A program made the position numbers and the translations under genes. From Octopus vulgaris (taxonomy: Eukaryota), in assembly GCA_951406725.2 (NCBI GenBank), contig OX597828.1, positions 5,580,001 through 5,644,000 of the forward strand: a DNA stretch of 64,000 nt, in the 5' to 3' direction. Numbering within the stretch: position 1 is the stretch's first letter; the number at the start of each line of letters is the position of its first letter. The notes below the pieces were generated by a model. That model saw nothing but the letters and a program-made list of their open reading frames with translations. It searched no databases and had not been told where the DNA came from. Positions 13,036-25,379 of this stretch are shown here, piece by piece.

Positions 13036-13390
13036 TTGATGTATCAATACCGGCAGATGACAACGTGTCTCTAAAAGAAATGGAGAAACTCTCAAAATAC
13101 AAAGACCTGGAAATAGAGGTAACTAGAATGTGGAATCTGAAAACAGAAACAATTCCTATCATAGTAGGTGCATTAGGCATGATAAAAAAATATTCAGACA
13201 AATACATAACAAAAACACCAGGACTTACAAACACATATAACATACAGAAAATTACTACTAGGCACTGCCCACATACGCAGAACACTTTCCATACAATAAT
13301 AATCAGAGCATAATCACAGCACATACCCAAGGCACACAGAGCTGCGCTCGGTAGTGAAGTGAAAGCAATAAAAATAAAAATAAAAACTGA
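11743..13390 (+). mobile_element. R4/Dong-clade retrotransposon, copy 2, 5'-truncated, young
   Basis: Begins at LYMDDLKLY and is open for ~430 codons through YKYLG, GGRGL, CRIC..ETINHIISSC, RHDRVG and NRPDIVV. Frameshift in the A-run near 13020, then LIDVSIP..KYKDL..IVGALG. Followed by (AAT)n at 13390-13415. Confidence 0.93.
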
Positions 13391-13880
13391 ATAATAATAA
13401 TAATAATAATAATAATGACATTATCATATATATCAGCGACCAATTTATATTTTTTAGTCTTGTTTAAATTGACATGACTTCAAGAACAAGAATACATTAC
13501 AAAATGATTAATTTTACGATGCCTGTGTAAAGAATTATATAAGCTACAGACGAGTACTTTCTAACAACTCCTATTTTCTAATATGAATATCTTGTCTTTC
13601 TGTACGAAACAACTGAGTAATAAAATTATCATCACGAATAATAAAACATGAGTGATTAAGACTGTTAGCTAATTGACATCAAATCTACTCCATTTACATA
13701 AATTAAAAAAATCTGTTGAATTGTGTTTCATAAGTTAATTCATATACTTAATATTTCAATATAAATTTTCATATCTACACAAATTTACACTGGTAGATTC
13801 AAAAGTAGAATGTGAAGAAACAACGTTAAAAACCTTTCGCAGTTTCTCGAATTGAAGGACGAACTAGCAATCAAGCCCTT

Positions 13881-13882
<2 letters not shown>

Positions 13883-13954
<72 letters not shown>

Positions 13955-14021
13955 CATGTATATATGTATATGAAGTATACATATATACATATGAAGTATA
14001 TATGTATGTATATATGTATAT
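13883..14021. repeat. (TA)n / TATG low-complexity tract
   Basis: Direct inspection. Confidence 0.9.
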
Positions 14022-14599
14022 GAAATATCTCCAGAGCACAACAATACGGATATTCGTTACAATCCCGTTATTGTTCTGCTCCGGAGATAGAAATGCTACT
14101 GGATCCTGCTCGAAGACAATTGTTTTCACGACGACGGCGGACACCACCACCACCACCACCACCATCACCACCTCGGCCCCACCACCAGCAACACTGCCAG
14201 AATTGTGAATCAATAAGACTTATCAACTGACACGAATGAAAGAATAAAACGTCAAGAGTTACTAAAACGAAATCTCCAGTGGGTTTGCTGAAGGAAGTAA
14301 CTTATGCAGACAAAATAAAATTTTCAAATCGGATGCGAAATAAAAGATAGTGGTGAATTTCCATTTATAAGCTTCATGCGATTGCGATATGTAAAACATG
14401 CCCATTCAAGGAAGTATTGTTCTGTCAAAAAGTTAACTCGAAACAAATAGCCCCGTCTCCTAATGCGAACCTCAATATTTTAATGGTAAGGCAAAACGCA
14501 TGCTGATCCCTCATCGCCTGCAATAATAGGTGCTGCATTATTTAGTCGAGAACCTGACAGGATTTGAAATATTTACTGCTCAAAAACAAAAGCAAGCCA

Positions 14600-17500
14600 T
14601 CTAACCGGTAACAAGAACCAGAATAATCCTAGTGATAGTCCTATAGTGATTGCCACCAAAAAAGCACCACTTAAAGGAAAATGCATATAATAGGATAGAG
14701 TGGACACGGTTCAGTTAAACCCAAAGAATAACCTCATTGTACAAATATACTTCATGGATAAATTTAGTAGGAAACGAAGTACGAAGCTATATAGATGCAA
14801 ATGAATTATTCTGGTAGCAGAAATTCAGAACTTATTGTAAGAGCAGTAAAACTGAAAAAAAAACCCAACAAAAAATAGGGAAGGAAAGGAAGAACAAAAC
14901 ATAGAAATGGCATAGAATTTTACATGAATAATTGGGAAACGATTTCAGAATGCATTACAAGAGAACTGAGTAAGATTGACTTTACTGGCATGTTTAATAA
15001 AGAAATGCTACCAAAGTTTAGAAACGGCACGAAGAATAGCAACAAAATCATTATCTATAACCTTGCTCTAGGAGAGATCTTACGAAATAAGGGATATGAT
15101 ATAACAAACTGAGATACGCTTATCTATGCCACTGCCGTTGTAGTAACTTCATAACTAGATATCAAGATTACGAATCAAAAGTCGAGATATGTCAAAAGAC
15201 CTCCTCGTTTGAAAATAAAAATACAAAACAGATTTTGAATCACTTTGGGCGGATGTATCAATTCTCGATGAACTTGCAAGGGAAGTAGATATTAAAACAA
15301 GAAAAGCCAGAAAAAATATCAAACAAAAATACAAAATCAAAGATCTTATAAATCTCTGTACTACTTAGGAACTATTGAAACAGCTGCTTAGAAGTTATGA
15401 TAAATAAAACAAATTTTAGAGTTAAAACAAAATATTCAAAACAGATGCAAATAAACTTTATAGGGAAATTGGCGAAACTATGATAGGGGTAAAAGTACCA
15501 CCTGAGAGTGAGAGGTGGAAGAGTCGGAAAAATATATGAAACCACGAAGAAGAGTAAAGCACTGTAGCTAACTGGATAGAACGTGAGAAGCACCGACTGG
15601 ATAAAGGTGAAGCACAGAGGTTGGAAACAATAGGAATAGAATTGTTAAGAAAATCTCAAAAATGGAAAACCCTAGAACTGGACCGGATCCCTAACTCCTG
15701 ATTGAATTGTTTGATAGAAGCATAAGAAAGTATCACTGTCTCTGACGGATATCCTTCAAAACCTAGAACAAATACTAGCCTGGCTGACTGAAGAATTTAC
15801 TACCAAAAACTACTACCAAAAGCCAATGAGACACTTGAAGAAACCCGAAGAATTTCCGACCAAGAACCTGTCACAACAGCACAAAAAATATTCTCACATC
15901 CATAATGAATGAAATAATGTACGCTTTCCTTGAAGAGAGCTCTATCATTCCACATCTTCAAAAAGATTATGAACAAAATTGCTCATAAATAGATTGATTT
16001 TAGAAAATTGTCGCGGCAAAAGCAAGAACCTCAGTACGACATAGATTCGTCACAGGAAAGCGTTTGATACCGTCCTACATGGGTGTATACCAAAGGCCAT
16101 TGAAATATACAAAATCTCTCTTGTCATATCCAATGTCTTACAAATTAGCTGACCAAATAGAATGCATGTCACTTTCTAAAGCATAGTAATGGGATGATCC
16201 TATACATCAACATCAACATTGAACGAGGCATCTTTCAAGGTGACTCCTTCTCTCCATTATTCTTTTGCATGGAATTGATCCCACTCTGAAATGAAATCAA
16301 TAACACCGGAATATGGATACACAATTCTAAACAAGATCATAAATTGTTGTTTTTTTGTTGTTGTTTTTACATGGATGTTCGGAAGCTTTTTGGAAGAGAT
16401 GTCCAACAGCTAGAAGGGCTGGATCTAACAATTAAAAAGTTTAGCTATGATATCTGTATGGATTGTTGGCCTCGATAAGTATGCTGAGCAACTGTTTTAA
16501 GATGCAAGCTCAGTCAAACAACGTCCATTAAATTAGATATTGACACAACCATCAAGGTAGGTGATTCACAAGAAACTTGTAAATACCTGGAAATAAACGG
16601 AGATGCCACTATGAAGGAGAATATAAGAAAGGAGTACTATAGGAGAATAAGATTTGTTCTAAAGATTAAACCTAACTCCAAAAGTCGCTTTCAAACCATT
16701 AACTTTCTGGCTCATCCTGTAGTCCAGGATAATTTTAATATCATGAGCTAGAAAGGCAGTGAGCTGGCAGAAATGTTTGCACGCCGGATGAAATGCTTAA
16801 TGTTATTTCGTTTATCTTACATTCTGAGTTCAAATTCCGCCGAGGTCGACTTTGCCTTTCATAGTTTCGGGGTCGATAAATTAAGCACCAGTCGCGTACT
16901 AGAGTGGATCTAATCGACTGGCTCCCTCCCACCATAATTTGGGCCTTACACCTGGAGTAGAAAATAATATTCCTGGGTAAAGTTTCTTCAGGACATACAA
17001 AGTGCTTTTAACATTTAATATTTTTGAAATGAAAATACTATTTTGTATATTATTTAGTGAGGCGGAAATACAGTCATGATAGCAACTCCTATCATGAGCT
17101 AGAATCATACGGAGATCCAACGTATGGACACGAAGTCAAGGAAATTATTGACATTTAACAACATGCAGCGTCAGACAAATGTTGACTGTATATACCTAAC
17201 TAAAATCGGTGAGAGAAGAGGAATGACGCAATTAGGACTCTGCTGTAAAACCACTGTAGAAATGAACAGGTACTTATCTTTTACGGAGGACCCGATTCTG
17301 CGGCTTGTGGGCGAACATGAAAGCATAAAAAAGTTGCATTCTGTTGTCAAGACAGGGGACTTGAGGTAAATCCTGAATTGGATGAAAATTCTGAAACCAC
17401 TGATATCAAGCTAGCAAAACGAATCAAAGAGACTACCAATAGAACGGGCAGAAACAAATTGGGAAGCAGCGGAGCAAGAAGTCCCTGCAAGGAAAATATG

Positions 17501-18220
17501 TGCTTCAAAGTCAAAATGCTGACGTAGACCAAGCAACACTGTATCAGTGGCTGTGGAGTTCAGGACTGAAAGCGGATACTGAAGGCATTATACTGGCAAC
17601 ACAAGATCAAAACGTGTTTAACAGAAATTATCAGGCTAGTGTTCTTAAAAAGCGTGCTGACAGAAAATGCAGATTCAGCAGTACATCTTTTGAAACAATA
17701 GACAGTATGATTATGGGCTGCCATGTTCTTACAATAAACGAATATAATATAAAAATATCCACCATAGGGTAGGACAGTATTTACACTGGAAAGTATTTCA
17801 AAATTGACTTACCTGGTAACTGGATGAACACCATTCTGAGAAAATTGTTGAAGGCAAAAATGTCATCAGAAAGTTCCAGGCTAATCGAGCAGGATTAAAC
17901 ATTAAAGACAGGGAAGAAAATATTAGTAAGCTAATAGATGTAAGTGTTCTGACTAATAAAAAACTATATCTGTAAAGAAATTTGATAAGCTTAGTAATTA
18001 TAATGACATGGAATCTAATACACAAAAGATGTGGTAACTTAAAGTAAAATTTATTCCTGTTGTAGGTATGATGAAATGTGATATCAGAAACATGTAGACA
18101 ACATACCAGAGGGAACCATATCACAAAGAAATCCAAAAGATAATGCTGACACTACCGTTCACATCCTTAGAAAAACTCTGTCATTTTAAATGCCTGTGCT
18201 GTATCTTAAGCACATCCAAG
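14600..18220 (+). mobile_element. R4/Dong-clade retrotransposon, copy 3, old and heavily decayed
   Basis: Collinear remnants: GAGTGGACACGG (WTR) ~14700, KAFDTVLH ~16060, RGIFQGDSFSPLFFCMELIPL ~16225, YMDV ~16370, YQWLWSSGLKADTEGIILATQDQN and KCRFS..FETIDS ~17540-17720, HILRKTLSF* ~18160-18190. The 5' boundary is uncertain. Confidence 0.85.
16754..17089 (+). mobile_element. tRNA-derived SINE family B inserted into R4/Dong copy 3
   Basis: GGCAGTGAGCTGGCAGAA...GAGTTCAAATTCC...GTCGACTTTGCCTTTCAT. Perfect 15-bp TSD TATCATGAGCTAGAA at 16739-16753 and 17090-17104. Confidence 0.9.
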
Positions 18221-19183
18221 ATCGCATTCCAAATGCCCTTTAATGCATGTGGCGTTTCGAGAAACGGCCCAAACTCCTGAAGAAGTGTCGTTGGTACGTT
18301 ACTGATAGCATTTCCTTCACTACTGCGCGGGCACTGGAGGTTCCACAAATGTTGAGACCCAGGACCTTCCAAACAATACTACCATGCCGTATCGTATTCT
18401 AGGTTGCTTCAAACATGTAAAGATCGAACATGTGCAGTGAAACCGATCGCCTTAGCAGTGGGATCAGAAGTCATGCTATCGCTGATGGCTATCATATCTA
18501 TAAACTTCTGGCATGACGTCTTTGAAAAGGTGATACTGCTTCCAGTGTGACCTGATACAATGTTGCTATGTTATGAAGAGAGATGTGTTGAGGAGAACAT
18601 GAATAATCTCCATGCTGCTACAGCAGGCGATTCAGTGTATCAAAACCTTTTCTCCATTTCGAATGCCATAGGGAAATTTTGATGTAAACTGCTGAGGCCA
18701 TGTCAATAGAATTCTCAATGTTGTGGAGAAACTCTTTTTCATGTCGCTATATCTGTTAACAGCTTTACCAATTTGGGGTCGTCCGGTTCTTTGTATGTAC
18801 GTTTCTTGAAAGCATCTTTCTCTGTTTTTATGTCTGATCTATACGCCATGTACAAATAAATATTGAACATTTTACAACATTACTCCAAATAATTTTAGTT
18901 TCGAGGGACACTTCTATATTTAAAATTCCTATGTTGCAGTTGTTGCACGATTAACCTTAACGGAACTACTAAAAGAACGTCTAAAATATTCTTTTTGTAC
19001 CAATGTTCCTTTTTGTTATTATCACTAACTTCAAAGTTCGTTGTTAGAGTATTCCAAACAATTTTCTTCAATGGACCATTAAAATATAAATGTTTAGTTT
19101 ATTCCATGATGGAATTTATTTTTGTGAAGTTTTTTTTTCCTTTTTTATCCATTTGTTGCTGTAATATTTCGCTTTCAACGTAG

Positions 19184-19293
19184 ACTCGGAAAAAGATACC
19201 ACCATTACAATTTCAATAATGAAAATTGACTGTACTCCTGCTGAACATGTTCTGGCACCTAGTGATGAAATAGAAACTTCCATAAAATTTTGA
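19184..19293 (+). CDS. weak candidate terminal coding exon
   Basis: Pyrimidine-rich upstream region + TAG at 19181-19183; open frame (D)SEKDTTITISIMKIDCTPAEHVLAPSDEIETSIKF*; AATAAA at 19319-19324. No recognised homology. Confidence 0.25.
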
Positions 19294-22200
19294 AACATTT
19301 GTTACTATCATTATTAGAAATAAAAGTAATAAGTATATTAGTTTACATAAGGATACTCGCAAAGAAAAACTGGAATTTTATGAGAAGACCTTTCAATCAC
19401 ATCGATCCCAGTGACCAAACTGTACTTAAATTATTGACTACAGAATAATGAAAGGCAAAGTTGAACTCAGCATAATTTGAAGAAATTTGCATAATAATAA
19501 CAGAAAAATTGGTTACACCTATTTGTTATAAGGGGTGAAACTTGTGGCCTTGGAACAAATAAATAAGAAAAGGGCCACACTAACGATAATACATTGTTTA
19601 AAAGTAAAAAATAGCCATAAAATGCATATAAAGTATAACACAAAAAATGATGGTAGTAACAATGTAGGGAGTATCTCGGCTCCTTCACATGACTCCTGAT
19701 TTTATCAACAAATTGAATGCAAGTTGTTTCCTCTAGATCTTTTCTCCATCCTGCTGCCTCTTTCGTTCGGTTTGGTCAATCATCTATGACAATTTCATTT
19801 CTCTTATAAACCGGCTATATAGTCTATCATCCTTCGCTATTCGCACTTTCGTCTTGAAATGGCATTTCAAGTAGTTGGTAAGTGAGTGGCCTGAGTATTT
19901 CGATTACTGATTAATTTGCAGAGCGATTTCTATTCGATTTCTAAATGTAGTAAATATGTTCTGCTGGTCTTGAATTTATATAATTTCTACAGACATCTAG
20001 TAACATTATGTCGATGATATGCATAATGCTTTGAATAAATATTTTCGGGAAGTGTACTGAATTCACCTGTAGGGCTGGCTTTATTAGAATTTTATGCACT
20101 TTAATGAAAATATATCCATGATTGATGAGTATGTGATCACAAGTAATATATTTTTAAGAAGAGAAAATAAAAAGTGGAGTACGCCTATATCAACATAATA
20201 TTTATTTATTCTTCGTGCATAAGGAATATCTGACACCAGCTGAATTCGATTTAATATTTCAAATTACTTACCATCGACCATGACACCGAAAGTTCTCTGA
20301 GAACAGCTAGCTAACAGCCAAATATATTGGAAACATAAAAGCATTAACGTCTCGTATCCTTTAATGCAAGTAGAGATTTTATAGTAAAAAATTAGCTACA
20401 TTAATTGATGTATAAATGATTGCTTTGTGGATTTTGCGTATACTAATATTACCTTACGTTCACTTATAAATCAAATGGAGTTTTCAGATCTATTACATTT
20501 ATAGGTAAATATCTATCAAGAACCTCCCCCAAACTAATAAGTTTTGCTTTACATTACTTCCCATAAATATTACCACTTCTCAAAAATCGATAAAGCTACT
20601 TAATGTACATTTAATACCATGGTGCTCTTTATACAATGAGGCTGAGAGCACACTATTCAATATCTTACTCGCTCGACTAAGATTATTTACTTTTTTATAG
20701 CTTTGCCGTTTGAGAGTAACCGCCAACAAATTTATTAATTAATACATACTTGATACTACTCAATTATATCTAGTTGACGCACAGTGAAGATGCTGAACAC
20801 TTGAATTTAACAATCAAAGTATACTGATATTTAATAAATAAAATGAATTTATTACATCTTTAATTATAGGTTAATCCTTTTCAGCCGTGTCTAAATGTTT
20901 CAAGCTGCTGAGAGACTACATTTTTCAAGCAGTTTATTGTTGTATATACAGAGTACTGGATGTTGTCTCGGAGATAATAGTTTCAATTTATTTCTAAAAT
21001 ATTGCTTAAACAGCTACCTCTTTAAATGGAGCAAAGTGAAGATTACTGTGTCAATTTGGGAAACTGTAAATGCTTAATTGGAGATATTTAAGTGTAATAA
21101 TAGTATGTGTCGTAAGAAAAACTAAATGTAAAATACATTAATAGTATTGATTTTAGAATGTAACTCTGTTATACTACTACCGTACGCAGTTTACTGGCTT
21201 TTCAACGACATTACACACTGAGACTAGAAATAGTAGAAATAATATAATTGCAACGCAATATACAAATATTTAACGGAAGCACCAACGGTGCTTGTTAATA
21301 TTGAACTCTGATTTTTCTTTCACGCGAGATACACATGTATATTCGCACAGATGTGTGCCTGTATGTACACGTGTGTATGTGTATGTATATATTTATATAT
21401 ACATATGAATATACACTTGAGTATTTAGTCTTATATACAGTAAGTTCGTGTATGTATTTACATATGCATATGTATATATATGTCTGTAAATGCAAGTATG
21501 TTTTTCGCTCTCGTTAAGTTTTACCTTTTAAACATCCTACTTAATCAGCATTCTGGAAATAAATTAACACTGAAAGAATTAAAAATGGAAACAACAACAT
21601 ATGAGAAAAAGGAAACAAAATATATTTAGCCAAGTTAATGCGAAATACTAAGAGTTAAACATATTTCTTTGTTGTTTATGTGAAATCTGCTGTCTTGATT
21701 GTAAATGTTATCAGTAAAATGCATAGTTTTGTCTATTTTAGTTTAGCCATCGTTGAAAATCTGTTTCCCGTTATGTCCTGTCAGTTAATTATAATGAATA
21801 CAATTGTTAATCTTCCTGACAAAAATTAGAAATTACTCTCAAACTGATCGTTTAAATCCCTCTAAAAGAGAAGGAAAGGTAATTATGTACCTGACAATAT
21901 TTTATGAAAATGAAATGAATAATTCCTATAATCCATTAATGAGCATAAACTGTTACGTGTAATAAATATTTGCCAAAAATACCTAAGAATCATTATTGAA
22001 TCAGCACATTATATGAAGTACGCAAGATTGAAATCACACTCGACTGCGAGGGTGACATCAATTATCAGTTCAAATTTATGTTTGATCCTAATAAGTTAAT
22101 TGCAGCAATTAATGATCATTATCTTCCTTTCTACTTGAAACATTAATCAGTTGAATCGATAGAAATAATAAATAAAAAAATAAAAGAAACCACCATATTC

Positions 22201-23021
22201 TGGCATATGCACACGACTCTTGCTTACATATATATGTATACACAAAATTATATGAAATCTAATAAATGTAACATATTTGAAAAAAATATGATAAAATACA
22301 GAAACAAAATCAATTGCATACATCGTAACATACCACCAAATTTTATAAATAAGAAAATCCAATTTAGAAATCCAAGAAAATTCAGTCAACAGTTTTTTCT
22401 TCCATTAAAGAAATTTGTGGTTTTTGTTATATGTGAAAATTTTCGAAGGACATACAAGGTCATCAAAGAAACAAATTGATTTATCATAATGTAATGTAAA
22501 AATTAGTAGATTACAATGGAAAGGCGCCGATGTTTCATAAATCTATTAACAAATTACATTGTCCGTTTCTTTATTTTTTTCTATCTTCTTATTCCTAATC
22601 TGGTCTCTCATTCGTTTCTCTCTCACATTCAATACGTTTGTTTTTCTCTTAGTAATAATTTCTATAAATTTACTTACGTTTATATATGTGTGAATATTTT
22701 TGTATACCTTTGTATCAATGGGTACGCTGAAATTGAGAAGCTTGTAGTATTTTGCATGCTCACGCATACAAAATTACGTTCACATACACTAGCAAACATC
22801 AAAATACGTATGTAGACAAGAAGAGAGATATAGAAAAATGTACCCAGCAGCATACATCAAGAAACATATTCAAAATTCAGATACAGATATTTCACCATCG
22901 AAAGAAATATATCTTTTCCAATTAAACGTTCAATCTCTTTTAATGTCAGTTTTTATGCAAATCTAATTTTAAAAATAAATATATTCAGTTGAACGTAATT
23001 CTAGACATCTTACAACATAAT

Positions 23022-23109
23022 TGTATATATACATATAAGCATATATGTATGTATGTACATAAATATATATACATATATATACATGTATGTATGTACATGA
23101 ATATATATC

Positions 23110-23159
<50 letters not shown>

Positions 23160-23215
23160 CATATATATATGTATATGTATATATATGTATGTATATATAC
23201 ATATATATATATACA

Positions 23216-23290
<75 letters not shown>

Positions 23291-23381
23291 GTATATATAT
23301 ATATGTATATATATACACATATCAATATATACATATATATACATATATATATATATATATATGCATATATATATATGTATA

Positions 23382-23447
<66 letters not shown>
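23022..23447. repeat. long interrupted (TA)n microsatellite
   Basis: ~430 bp alternating purine/pyrimidine tract; source of the YIYI ORFs. Confidence 0.97.
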
Positions 23448-25064
23448 CAGTTGCGACCAAAATGTTCAGAACGGCATTGTTTTCGTCAGAAAAGTAGGTA
23501 TACGTTTTTATTGAAGTTGTTTTATATTATATAATTTTCACAGACGATAAATACGATATTATTTGTTATTGTCTGAGGTTTCGGTGTAATTTGAGAGGAT
23601 AATAAAAAAGTTATGGATGATTTAGTGATTTACTGCAAAACCCATGGCGGCCAAAATGATCAGAACGGTTGCTTTTACTCCATGTTTTAGTATATTTAAC
23701 CGTCGAACTCTAATGTTTTGAATTTGTTTATGTGACAGTTCGTTTACTAAACATTAGTAAGAATATCTGCAGTTTACTTTGTTAATATAATGCCACTTAC
23801 TCTGTACCAATTCGTCAGCAGATTATTAATCTTCTAAAGAAGGATAATTTAAGTATTAGGTCTATTGCAAAGATTGGTAACACGTCAAAAAGTGTTGTTC
23901 ACGGTATTCTTAAGGTCTACGATGATTGTGGTTCGTGTGAAGCAAGAAAGTCTACAGGTAGGCCAAGAAAAACGACCAAGAGAGAAGATCGTGCTATGGT
24001 AAAGTTGGTTAAAAATGACAGATTTATAACTGCTGCTGCTGTTTTTCGGGAAATGAGCATTGTACTGAAGAAAACTTTATCTCGAAAAACTGTCTCGTCC
24101 TTTAGTTGAACATGACCTACAAGCAAGAGCACCTGCAGTGAAGCCACTGATCAGCTCCAAGAATAAAAAGTGTTGACTTACCTTTGCAACCGAACATGTG
24201 TTTTGGTCTCAAGAAAAGTGGCAAACGGTGCATTTCAGTGATGAATCTAAGTCTATGTTATTTGGCTCAGATGGGAAAAGGTACGTTGGTCGAAAAGTAG
24301 GTGAAAAATTGTCACCTAAATGCCTTAAAACTAGTGTTAAATTCGGTGGAGGAAGTGTCATGGTTTGGGGGATGATATCTGGATATGTTGTGGGTCTTTT
24401 GCTGCGATTACATGGAAAGGTAAATGCAGGAGTTTATAAACAACTTGTAAACGATCATGTCTTGCCTGTGCTGAGAAATTCAACTAAGCGACGACCCATA
24501 TTCATGCAGGACAATGTCCCATGACACAAAGCTAAGGTGGTCAGGAACTTCTTCAAGGCTGAAAAGGTTATTGTTATGGATTGGCCTGCTCAAAGCCCAG
24601 ACCTCAATCCTACTGAAAATGTGTGGAATATTCTAGGAGAACGTTTGAAAGCCAGAAATCCTAAAACAACCGAGCAATTATGGAATGCCCTTCAGGAACA
24701 ATGGAATAAGATCACCCAGCAAGAAATTGAAAATATAATTTCCCCATGCAGTGAAAAATGTCAAACTTTGATTGAAGCTAAATGGCTTCACACTAAATAT
24801 GAAATAATTCCAGCATTCTCTGTCATTTTTGATTATTTTTTCAACCGTTCTGATCATTTTGGCACCATGGGTTTTGCATTAAATCACTATATCATCCATA
24901 ACTTTTGTATTATCCTCTCAAATTACACCAAAATCTTAGACAATACCAATTACTATTGTATTTATTGTCTGTGAAAATTATAGAATATAAAACTAGTTTC
25001 ATAAAAACCTATACTTACTTTTCTGACGAAAACAATGCCGTTCTGAAAATTTTGGCCGCAACTG
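23448..25064 (+). mobile_element. full-length Tc1-like DD34E transposon with IR-DR termini (1617 bp), inactivated
   Basis: TA|CAGTTGCG...CGCAACTG|TA ends; ~224-bp TIRs (23448-23671, 24842-25064); direct repeat GCG(A/G)CCAAAATG(T/A)TCAGAACGG at both ends of the left TIR, mirrored with mismatches on the right. Confidence 0.95.
23790..24803 (+). pseudogene. Tc1 transposase pseudogene (DD34E)
   Basis: HTH region SIRSIAK..SKSVVHGILK, GRPRKTT, HFSDESK, FGGGSVMVWG, FMQDNVP*H, WPAQSPDLNPTENVW (34 residues between D and E), HTKY end. Contains stops and frameshifts. Confidence 0.93.
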
Positions 25065-25089
25065 TATACATATATATATACATATATAT

Positions 25090-25334
25090 TCAGTATCATC
25101 ATCATCATTTAATGACTCTTGACATCATTTAATGACGGTTTGACAGCTGCCGCCCAGCTGCAATGTTGCGCAGGCTCTTATTATGTGTTTCAGTGTGGTT
25201 ACTATGGTTGGATATCTTTCCTAACACCTGTCATTTTGCAATGTGGGCTGGGTGAATCTAAAGTGTCCCCAGCCCTGATGCTTTATCTTGGTGCAGTCGC
25301 CTACGATCTCACAGGACTAGGACCCCTCAGCTGG

Positions 25335-25379
<45 letters not shown>

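Noticed and set aside
18225-18850. Possible minus-strand RTE LINE relic
   Set aside because: GC-richer block with only vague similarity; cannot be supported without an HMM search.
19660-20110. Possible LINE 3' remnant
   Set aside because: Too decayed to assign.
22969-23534. Overlapping 109-181 aa ORFs
   Set aside because: (TA)n artefacts in several frames.
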